The position numbers and the translations under genes were made by a program. The notes beneath the pieces were generated by a model. It ran no database searches, was not told the origin of the DNA, and saw only the letters and a program-made list of their open reading frames with translations. Positions 29,463-38,581 of a stretch of DNA of 64,000 nucleotides are shown in pieces. Origin of the DNA: Planctomycetia bacterium (GTDB lineage Bacteria; Planctomycetota; Planctomycetia; Pirellulales; JALHLM01); contig JAWXBP010000249.1 of the NCBI GenBank assembly GCA_034440135.1, forward strand, positions 14,232 through 78,231, in the 5' to 3' direction. Numbering within the stretch: the stretch's first letter is position 1; every line of letters starts with the position of its first letter.

Positions 29463-29597
29463 CGCAAGCGAGGGAGAGGGGACGTGGTTTACCGTTTCGA
29501 ATGAAACTCTCAGTTGCTCCGTTGATGCGCAACTGAGTGTTTCATCCCAAACTGTATGGCAGAATCCTCTCTCCCTCGCTTGCGCTACGGGCTGGTG
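29450..29597. repeat. perfect 29-nt inverted repeat (GCGAGGG palindrome family), about 90-nt loop
   Basis: caccagcccgtagcgcaagcgagggagag (29450-29478) and ctctccctcgcttgcgctacgggctggtg (29569-29597). Each arm contains the stop codon of the adjacent convergent gene. Confidence 0.85.
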
Positions 29598-30271
29598 TTT
29601 GAGGCCTTGAGAAGCGCCGTCTTGGCGAGCGCCGGGTCGTCGGTGATGATGCCGTCGACGCCGCAGCGCACCGCATGATCGTGATCGGCTTGCGTGTGCG
29701 CGGAGTAGACGAAGTTCTTCGAGTGCATCGCCACCGTTTGTTGCACGAGCTCCGGCGACAGATAGTCGAAGTGCCACACAAACGCCTCGACCGGCTGGCC
29801 GTTCGCGTAGCGGCCGAGGCGATCGGTCACCGGATCGATCGGTCGATGCGCGGTGAGCAACCCGCATTCCACGTCGACGGCCTGCCGCACTTCTTGGACG
29901 GCGGTGTGCCAGAACGAACTGACGAGAATCTTGTGCGTCGTGCGATAGCGCTTCAGGAGCGGTATCAACGCCGGCAGCACCGCGGGATCCTTGATCTCCA
30001 GGTTCCAGAGAATGCCCGGCTGCGCGTCGAGCGCTTGCGTCATCACGGGCGTGTCGTAGCCGGCCAGCTTCGACAACTCGGCGACGGTATGCGCGCCCAC
30101 CTCGCGTCGATCCGGCGCCAGGCGATCGTGATATAGCACAATCTGCCCATCGGCGCTCCACCGCAAATCGGTTTCAATGCCATCGACGCCCAACTTCACC
30201 GCGGCGTCAAATGCGGCCAGCGTGTTTTCCGGCAGATCGCGGTGATAGCCACGGTGGGCAAGGATGAGCAT
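29585..30271 (-). CDS. glycerophosphodiester phosphodiesterase family protein
   Basis: MLILAHRGYHRDLPENTLAAFDAAVKLGVDGIETDLRWSADGQIVLYHD is the GDPD signature (HRG...ENT...E-D). Confidence 0.85.
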   Translation of the reverse strand: MLILAHRGYHRDLPENTLAAFDAAVKLGVDGIETDLRWSADGQIVLYHDRLAPDRREVGAHTVAELSKLAGYDTPVMTQALDAQPGILWNLEIKDPAVLPALIPLLKRYRTTHKILVSSFWHTAVQEVRQAVDVECGLLTAHRPIDPVTDRLGRYANGQPVEAFVWHFDYLSPELVQQTVAMHSKNFVYSAHTQADHDHAVRCGVDGIITDDPALAKTALLKASNTSP

Positions 30272-30280
30272 GGGAGGGGA

Positions 30281-30450
30281 GTTTGAAGTTTTCAGTGTTC
30301 AGTGACAGTGAAACCAGCCGACGCGACTGTTCTCACAGTATACCGCACCTCAATCCCCCGTTCGTGCCTTTCGCGCCTTTCGTGGTTTCCACCATTTCGT
30401 ACACTCTCCCTCCTCCGTCCCCTCTGCGCCTCCGCGTCTCCGCGGTTCAA
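30281..30450. repeat. mosaic of three short-period repeat units filling an intergenic spacer
   Basis: gtttgaagttttcagtgttcagtgacagtgaaa (30281-30313); ttcgtgcctttcgcgcctttcgtggtttcc (30361-30390); cctctgcgcctccgcgtctccgcggttcaa (30421-30450). The first unit recurs at 38437 and 63749. Confidence 0.6.
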
Positions 30451-30456
30451 AACGAA

Positions 30457-31254
30457 TCAGAACCTCATCGCCGTATAGCCGCCGTCGACGAAGTAGTCGG
30501 CGCCGGTGATGAAGCTGCCGGCCTTTTTCGAGAGCAGCAGCAGCATCGCGCCAATCAGTTCGTCCGGCTCGCCAAACCGGGCCATCGGGGTGTTGCGCAT
30601 GATGTTATCCACGCGCTGGACGTCAAGGATGACGCGATTCTGTTCCGCGGGGAAAAATCCGGGACAAAGCGCGTTCACTCGGACATTGAACGGCGCCAAT
30701 TCCCGAGCGACGTTTTTCGTAAGATTGATGACGGCGGCTTTCGAAGCGCTGTAGGCAAACACGCGCGACAGCGGCGTGTGGGCCGTGGCGCTGCCGATAT
30801 TGAGAATACTCCCGCCGCCGTGCTCGGCCATGTGCTTGCCGAAGATCTGGCAGCCGTAGTGGACGGCCATCAGGTTCGTTTCAAGCACGCGCTGCCAGTC
30901 GTCGTCGGTGGCTTCGAAGTACGTACTGGCCGCGTTCACGCCGGCGCCGTTGATCAACATATCGACGCGGCCAAAACGGGCGAGCGTCGTCGTCAACAAT
31001 GCTTCGATCGACTCGCGCGACGTAACGTCGATCAATTGAAATTCGACGTCGCCCAGGGCACTCATTTCCTCCGCGCGGCGCACGCCCCGATCCGGCTCGC
31101 GGCCGGCGATCATCACCGCCGCGCCGGCTTGCAGAAGTCCTTCCGCAAGCGCGCCGCCGAGCACGCCGGTCCCGCCGATCACGACGGCGACCTGGCCTGT
31201 GAGGCCGAACAGGGATTCGAGGTAACTGGCGTACTTGCTCATAGTGCGCGGCAT
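30457..31254 (-). CDS. SDR family oxidoreductase
   Basis: VAVVIGGTGVLGGALAEGL; NIGSATAHTPLSRVFAYSASKAAVINLT (S...YxxxK). 265 aa (alternative ATG at 31242). Confidence 0.85.
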   Translation of the reverse strand: MPRTMSKYASYLESLFGLTGQVAVVIGGTGVLGGALAEGLLQAGAAVMIAGREPDRGVRRAEEMSALGDVEFQLIDVTSRESIEALLTTTLARFGRVDMLINGAGVNAASTYFEATDDDWQRVLETNLMAVHYGCQIFGKHMAEHGGGSILNIGSATAHTPLSRVFAYSASKAAVINLTKNVARELAPFNVRVNALCPGFFPAEQNRVILDVQRVDNIMRNTPMARFGEPDELIGAMLLLLSKKAGSFITGADYFVDGGYTAMRF

Positions 31255-31321
31255 TCATCATCCTGTGAAATCCGCGGCGCGCGGGATGCGCTCCGGGCGC
31301 TGACGCTTCCGGTTCCAGGTG

Positions 31322-32764
<1,443 letters not shown>

Positions 32765-32797
32765 TTGAATTCTGAAAGGCTTGTGATAGTTGCTGAC

Positions 32798-33424
32798 TGT
32801 GGGAGGCGTCTCCGACGCCGATGGAGTTGACGTTGCGATGAAACACAACCGTCATGTTTTGTCAGAATACCATTTTCGATCGAGTATGCCTGCCCATTGC
32901 GGATTTGCCGATGAATACGCCCACAACTCGGGACGGTCGACTAGCCCCGCCCGAATTGGATTATTCTCGATGTAGTTGATTCGTTCGATGGCATCATCCA
33001 CGTCACGGCAACGATGGTCGAAAAAGCCTTCCTGCCACATTTGTCGACACCGCCCATCATTTCTAATGAACCGTGCTGAAGTGAACTTGCTGATACTACC
33101 AACGACATCCGATAGAGACTTCTTGCAAAGCAGAACGAAGAGCAAATGGTAGTGGTCTGGCATAACGCAAAACGCAAGTAGCTTCAGCCATTCACTTGTT
33201 CTTGCGTATGCCAAACTGTCCACGATCAGTTGGGCATTATGGGCATTCTCAAATAGCTTGTGTCGACCCTCAATAGCCTTTGTCACGAAGTAGGCCGCTG
33301 TTGCCTCGGATTGCCGACCGCCCCGCAATAGTTGGCTTTGCGGTTTTGGCTCTTGAACTATCTTGTGATTCGAGGTGTTGTCGTGCATCGACGTCCAATA
33401 TCGGCGTCGGAGACGCCTCCCACA
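32798..33424 (-). mobile_element. RAYT unit: REP-associated tyrosine transposase gene bracketed by inverted REP hairpins
   Basis: tgtgggaggcgtctccgacgccgat (32798-32822) is the exact reverse complement of atcggcgtcggagacgcctcccaca (33400-33424). Each contains the hairpin ggcgtc-tcc-gacgcc. The enclosed gene has visibly lower GC than its flanks. Confidence 0.8.
32852..33388 (-). CDS. REP-associated tyrosine transposase (RAYT; IS200/IS605 TnpA-like HUH nuclease)
   Basis: AAYFVTKAIEGRHKLF...LLAFCVMPDHYHLLFVL (HUH motif H-Y-H)...INYIENNPIRAGLV (catalytic Tyr helix). 178 aa, ATG start. Confidence 0.85.
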   Translation of the reverse strand: MHDNTSNHKIVQEPKPQSQLLRGGRQSEATAAYFVTKAIEGRHKLFENAHNAQLIVDSLAYARTSEWLKLLAFCVMPDHYHLLFVLLCKKSLSDVVGSISKFTSARFIRNDGRCRQMWQEGFFDHRCRDVDDAIERINYIENNPIRAGLVDRPELWAYSSANPQWAGILDRKWYSDKT

Positions 33425-33451
33425 AGTCGTGGCTGTTTCCGAAGTCGATTG

Positions 33452-34318
33452 TTAGTCCAAAGTCTTCCAGCTCGGCTTGGCCGGCAGGTACGAGTCGAAT
33501 TCCTTGACCAGCGATTCCTGGTACGCTCCGGCGAACGTGCCGCTCAGGAAGCGGTCGATGCCTTCGTTGAGCAGGCGTTCCCAGCTCGCTTCTTCGGCGC
33601 CCGGGTTGATCGGGAAATACAGCGTGTCGTTGGCCACCGCGGCTTTGTGGTCGCCCGGGGCGTCGCCGATCATCAGCACGTGGTCCGCGGCGTACTTCTT
33701 GGCGACGCCGAGGATTTCCTTCTTCGTGCCGATTTCTTGCCCGCAGATCGCGGCCACGTATTTTTCCAGGTCGTGCTCTTCCCACTCGCGTTGCAGGGCT
33801 TCGTTCGGCGTGGCGGAGACGACCAGCAAGTCGGCCTTGGGCTTGAACTTCTCCAAACATTCTCGCACGAACGGAAACGGCGGCACGCCGCGGACGAATT
33901 TGGTGATCATCTCGTTGACGGCGACCGACCACGCCAGGGCCTGCTTCAAGTCCGGGTCGCCGGTCGCTTCCACGGCCGCCTGCAGCGCCGGATTCGCCTG
34001 CTTGGTTTCCCGCGCGATCCAATCGCGCAGGCCCTTCGCTTCCGGAATCTTCACGCCACGGGCTTGCACTTCAGGACGTTTGCGCAGCCAGTCGAGCGAC
34101 TCCACGAGCGCCGGAAAGCGATTGATCCCACGGCTCTTCGAGTAGAGGTTGACGAACTCCGCCGCCTCGCGGGCGTACTTGCTGACGCCTTGCAGCTCGT
34201 AGTAGTTGATCGTGTTGGGAATGAAGCACTCCTTGTGCTTCAATTCCATCGTGTCGAACGCGCAGCCGTCGGAATCGATGCCGACGAGGAAGGAGTGTTT
34301 GGGCGATAAATCAAACAT
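33452..34318 (-). CDS. HAD-superfamily hydrolase
   Basis: Motif I GIDSDGC; motif III/IV region VLMIGDAPGDHKAA. 288 aa. Confidence 0.7.
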   Translation of the reverse strand: MFDLSPKHSFLVGIDSDGCAFDTMELKHKECFIPNTINYYELQGVSKYAREAAEFVNLYSKSRGINRFPALVESLDWLRKRPEVQARGVKIPEAKGLRDWIARETKQANPALQAAVEATGDPDLKQALAWSVAVNEMITKFVRGVPPFPFVRECLEKFKPKADLLVVSATPNEALQREWEEHDLEKYVAAICGQEIGTKKEILGVAKKYAADHVLMIGDAPGDHKAAVANDTLYFPINPGAEEASWERLLNEGIDRFLSGTFAGAYQESLVKEFDSYLPAKPSWKTLD

Positions 34319-34397
34319 TGCGTGGTGGAGCGATTTCTTGAGTGCCGGCAGGGGAAATTCGTCATTCCTAAATCATGCGTTGAAACAGCCAATGCGC

Positions 34398-35687
34398 CTA
34401 CTTCCGGTCCGCCTGTGGGACATACCGCGGGAGTTTTTGGTCCGCGTAGATCGGCGCGAAACGGGTTAATCTTTGCCGGCCGTCGACCATCGGGAGCGAG
34501 ATCATGTCGTCACCGATCAGTGGTTTGGCGTACCGGAGAAACTCGTCGGTCACGTCGTAACCGCTGGACGAAATCCAGGCCTTTGGGAAGGCGCGCTCGC
34601 TGTTCGCCACATCCGGCAGCGGGACTTTGTCGTAGCGGACGCTATACACCGGGCCGGGGCTGCGAAGGATCGTCGACATGAACCCGCTTTCACCTTGGGC
34701 GGCCAGCAACGCCGCCATTTGGCCGCTCTTATAGGCTTCCTCCAGATCGACGACCGAGGCGTAGGCCATGGCGTGTCGCTGGTCGGTGCCGGAGACGTTC
34801 GCGCGGGCGGCGCCTTTGGCCGACAAGCCCACTTTGTTCAGGTAGTTGACGATCACTTGCGCAACCGTGATCTGACTGGCGCTGAACGAAGTATGCCCGA
34901 ACGCATCTTTCACTTCGCCGAGGCTGCCGACGTCGAAGCCTTCGCTGACCACGACCATGCAGCGCGCGGAGCGTTTGAGCTCGTCGTTCACCTGATCGGC
35001 AAGCTGTTCCAGCGTGCAATGGCTTTCCGCCAGGTAGATATGCAGCGGCATTTCGCGGCGCGGGTCGGCCAGTCGCGCGGCAGCGGGGATAAAACCGATT
35101 TTGCGCCCCATCGCTTGCATTACCAGCACGGGGTCGGCTGGCGAGGAACCTTCATTCTCCTCGTTCGCGTTCTGGACCATGTGCATCCAGTACTTGGCGA
35201 CGGAGCCGTAGCCCGGCGTGTGGTCGATGAGCTTGAACTCGGAATCGCCTACGTCGTTGTCGATGGTCTTCGGGACGCCGACGCCGACCAGGTCGACACC
35301 GCGCTCCCGGGCCATCAAGGCGACCTTGTTGGCCGTGTCCATCGAGTCGTTCCCGCCGATGTAGAGGAAGTACCCGACGTTGTGCGCGCGGAAGACGTTG
35401 ATGACCCGCTCGAAATCTTCGAGTTGATTGGGCTTGAGCTTATAGCGACAGGTGCCGATCGAACCTGCCGCCGGCGTGAACCGCAGCAGCGCGATCTCTT
35501 CCGCGGGCTGGGACGACAGGTCGAGCAGTTCTTCCTTGAGCACCCCCTCGATCCCGTGCCGGGCGCCGTAGACGGTGCCAATCGGGGCCAGATCGCGGGC
35601 GGCCTCGATGATGCCGCGGAGCGAGTTATTGATGACAGGGCTGGGGCCGCCGCTCTGCGCGACGACCATATTGCGAACCTTGGCCAT
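34398..35687 (-). CDS. phosphofructokinase family protein, predicted PPi-dependent (diphosphate--fructose-6-phosphate 1-phosphotransferase)
   Basis: The ATG at 35687 gives MAKVRNMVVAQSGGPSPVIN. IGGNDSMDTA has Asp at the E. coli PfkA G104 position. VGVPKTIDNDV has Lys at the G124 position. Confidence 0.8.
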   Translation of the reverse strand: MAKVRNMVVAQSGGPSPVINNSLRGIIEAARDLAPIGTVYGARHGIEGVLKEELLDLSSQPAEEIALLRFTPAAGSIGTCRYKLKPNQLEDFERVINVFRAHNVGYFLYIGGNDSMDTANKVALMARERGVDLVGVGVPKTIDNDVGDSEFKLIDHTPGYGSVAKYWMHMVQNANEENEGSSPADPVLVMQAMGRKIGFIPAAARLADPRREMPLHIYLAESHCTLEQLADQVNDELKRSARCMVVVSEGFDVGSLGEVKDAFGHTSFSASQITVAQVIVNYLNKVGLSAKGAARANVSGTDQRHAMAYASVVDLEEAYKSGQMAALLAAQGESGFMSTILRSPGPVYSVRYDKVPLPDVANSERAFPKAWISSSGYDVTDEFLRYAKPLIGDDMISLPMVDGRQRLTRFAPIYADQKLPRYVPQADRK

Positions 35688-36128
35688 TACGGACTTCCGA
35701 CTCAACAGGCGCTCAAATTGAGGAAAGGAGGCATTGTAACGCCGCCTCCCAGGGCCCACAACGTGCTGCCCGACAGGGCTTTAAAGGCGCATTGCGATAA
35801 GCATGCTATTGCGTTCGATTCCAATGCTTACGACTCGCGTCGACAGATGGAGCCCATGTCGCGCGATAAGTTCGCGTCAATTGATATGATCGACACGAGC
35901 GATGAGCTGAGCTGCGCGACGGTAAATCCGCTATGCGCGAATTGTCGGATGCCAACTGGCAATTTGCCGTTAGTCCTTTTCCGACCTAGGGTTTAGATAG
36001 CTTCGAGGGCCTTTTTACCGGGTGATGGGGATTCGCGTATCCGCCGGGAACGCGCATCAGGATATCACGCCGCGCGCGGGCCCTCGCACTGCTCTACCCA
36101 TCGCCTGACAGCTTCGCTCGACCCAACG

Positions 36129-38414
36129 ATGACTCCAGCGGCGACTTCCTCCAGCGCTCTCTCGAACGACGGCCCGGCGCCACCAGCGTCGACGGATTAT
36201 GCCGTAGACGCGACCGGCCGTGTGCAGGAGCTCAGCCAACTATTGGCGGAGCTGGACGGCTGGGGCAAGGAAAGCACCGTCGCGCAGAGGTTGGAACTCT
36301 CCGATGACGATCACGATCGCTTGGCGCAAGCCCGGCTGGGCGTCGCGGGAAGTTTGTTTTTGGCGCTGAAGCACAAAGACCCCGGCACGGCGCGCCGCTC
36401 GCTGCGCGTGGCACTCGGTTGTTCGGCCTGGTCGCTGTGGATGGAGCAGGAAGCTCGGTTTCGCGAGCAATTGGAGCTGGCCGCGCTGGTCCACGACGTC
36501 GGTAAAATCGGCGTGCCGGACCGGGTGCTGCTCAAGCCAGGGCCGTTGAATTCGGAAGAAGCCGGCATGATGAACCGGCATCGCGAATTCGGCTTGGAAA
36601 TTCTGCACGGCAGTTGCGAAGCGACCGAAGTGCTCGTGATCGTGCGCGATGCGCACCTCTGGTACGACGGCTCCAATCATCCGCAAGGCTTGTCGGGTGA
36701 CTCATTGCCGCTCGGCGCACGCATGTTGTCCATCGCGGTCGCTTACGAGGCGATGATGGCGGACCAGGTGTTCCGCCGCCCGTTGACGCCGGAGCGAGCG
36801 CTACTCGAAATCTATCGTAACGCCGGGCGGCAATTCGATCCGACGCTGGTCCGGCGCTTTACCGAGTTTCACCAGGCGGACCGCCGGCGGTTCGAAGAAG
36901 AAGTCGCCCGTGGCTGGCTGCGGCCGATGCTCGGCGAGTGGACGCAATCTCCCTGGCAGCGATTGGCTCCGTCGGAACCAAGCGCCGGCGGCGGGTTCGA
37001 ATCGCTGATGCATCGGCGACTCGTGGAACAGATGCTCGGCGCCGTGGTGGCAATCGATCTGCGTCACCGTATCACCGAATGGAACCCCGGCGCGGAACGC
37101 CTGACCGGCATCAGCGCGTCGAGCGTAATCGAGCGTGAATGGTCCCCCAGTTTAGTATCGTTACGCGATAACGAAGGCCGGCGCATCGCGGATGAGAATT
37201 GCCCGCTGGTTTTCTGCCTGCAGTCTCGTACGCCCTGGCACAAGCGATTGATGCTGGATGGTCGCTCCGGGGATCCCAAAACGGTCGACGCGCATGGCAT
37301 CCCGATCCTGGGCGTCGATGGCGCGCCGCATGGCGCGATGTTGATGCTTTACGATGTGACGCAGCAGCTCACGCTGGAAGAACGCTGCCACGACTTGCAC
37401 GAGATGGTGACCAAGGATCCCCTCACCGGACTCGCGAACCGGGCGGAATTTGATCGCAAGTTGGAATCGTTCTCCGCCGACCACACGACGCGCGAAAGCG
37501 TCTGTGCGTTGGTGATCTGCGATATCGATCGCTTCAAGCAAGTCAACGACAACTACGGCCACCAGGCCGGCGACGCAGTGATTCAATCCTTCGCCCAGGT
37601 GATCGCCGCCCATGCCCGGCAGCAAGACGTGGCGGCGCGTTATGGCGGCGAAGAATTCGTGTTGCTCTGCGAAGATTGCGACAACGCCTCGGCGGCCGAT
37701 CGGGCCGAAGGCATGCGCGCGGCCTTTGCGGCCATCCCGCAATCGACGCTAGCTGGCGCGAAAATCACGGCCAGCTTCGGCGTCACGGCCCTGCAAGCCG
37801 GCGATACGCCGGCCACACTACTGCGTCGCGCCGATCGCGCACTCTTGATGGCCAAGGACAGCGGCCGCAACCAGGTGGTGCAACTCGGCACCGGTGTCAA
37901 TCCGCGCGAACCGAATTCGTCGCTGGGTCGCTGGTTGCTCGGCAAATACGGCGGGCGCGAGCAGATGATCGTCCAAGCGATGGTCAGCGCGGTGCCCTTG
38001 CAAGTTGTGCTGGAGAAGTTGCGCGGGTTCATCGCCGATCATCGCGCGGAGGTCGTCTCCGTGCAGGGATTCAAAGTCGTATTGCGCGTGGGTGACGAGC
38101 AGGCCTCGCCAGTGCGCCGCACCACCGACCGGCCGGTTAACTTCGAAATGGAAGTCGATCTCGAAGAAGTGCGCGATGGACTGCGAGGGCATGACGGGAC
38201 GTTCATGTGTACGCGCGTCCGCGTGGGCATCTATCCCGTCGCCGGACGCGACCGGCGACGCACCGACGCCCTGGACCGCGCTCGCCACCTGCTGGTCAGT
38301 CTCCGCGCTTACTTAATGGCCACCTTAGAAGAAACGCAAACCACGGTCGCCCCGGCCGGTATGCTGCAACGAGCGTGCGAATGGCTGAACCCGTTCAAGT
38401 CGCCGGAAAAGTGA
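36129..38414 (+). CDS. multidomain c-di-GMP protein: degenerate HD-GYP + PAS + GGDEF (GGEEF, I-site) + uncharacterised C-terminal domain
   Basis: LVHDVGKIGVP (HD). AHLWYDGSNHPQGL stands in place of HHERWDGSGYP. PAS-like ITEWNPGAERLTGI. ARQQDVAARYGGEEFVLL has RxxD + GGEEF. The last 120 aa or so are unassigned. Confidence 0.85.
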   Translation: MTPAATSSSALSNDGPAPPASTDYAVDATGRVQELSQLLAELDGWGKESTVAQRLELSDDDHDRLAQARLGVAGSLFLALKHKDPGTARRSLRVALGCSAWSLWMEQEARFREQLELAALVHDVGKIGVPDRVLLKPGPLNSEEAGMMNRHREFGLEILHGSCEATEVLVIVRDAHLWYDGSNHPQGLSGDSLPLGARMLSIAVAYEAMMADQVFRRPLTPERALLEIYRNAGRQFDPTLVRRFTEFHQADRRRFEEEVARGWLRPMLGEWTQSPWQRLAPSEPSAGGGFESLMHRRLVEQMLGAVVAIDLRHRITEWNPGAERLTGISASSVIEREWSPSLVSLRDNEGRRIADENCPLVFCLQSRTPWHKRLMLDGRSGDPKTVDAHGIPILGVDGAPHGAMLMLYDVTQQLTLEERCHDLHEMVTKDPLTGLANRAEFDRKLESFSADHTTRESVCALVICDIDRFKQVNDNYGHQAGDAVIQSFAQVIAAHARQQDVAARYGGEEFVLLCEDCDNASAADRAEGMRAAFAAIPQSTLAGAKITASFGVTALQAGDTPATLLRRADRALLMAKDSGRNQVVQLGTGVNPREPNSSLGRWLLGKYGGREQMIVQAMVSAVPLQVVLEKLRGFIADHRAEVVSVQGFKVVLRVGDEQASPVRRTTDRPVNFEMEVDLEEVRDGLRGHDGTFMCTRVRVGIYPVAGRDRRRTDALDRARHLLVSLRAYLMATLEETQTTVAPAGMLQRACEWLNPFKSPEK

Positions 38415-38436
38415 ATTGATTGAAGTGTTCGGAAAC

Positions 38437-38566
38437 AGTTTGAAGTTTTCAGTGTTCAGTTTTCAGTGATTTGACAACGCGACACTTCAAATAGCCGGCC
38501 AGCATAACGATTCTCGATCAAGGGACGGACGGTTTCTCAAATACTGAAAACTGAAAACTTCAAACT
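38437..38566. repeat. heptamer-periodic (TTTCAGTG/CTGAAAA family) inverted repeat, about 65-nt loop
   Basis: agtttgaagttttcagtgttcagttttcagtgatttg (38437-38473) pairs with caaatactgaaaactgaaaacttcaaact (38538-38566). It lies 16 nt upstream of the flagellin ATG. Confidence 0.7.
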
Positions 38567-38581
38567 TCCCATCCTCCCCCC

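Noticed and set aside
38485-38515. Possible sigma-28 (FliA) promoter upstream of flagellin (caaatagccggccagcataacg)
   Set aside because: It matches TAAA-N15-GCCGATAA poorly in both boxes and in spacing. The planctomycete consensus is unknown to me, so there is not enough support to call it.
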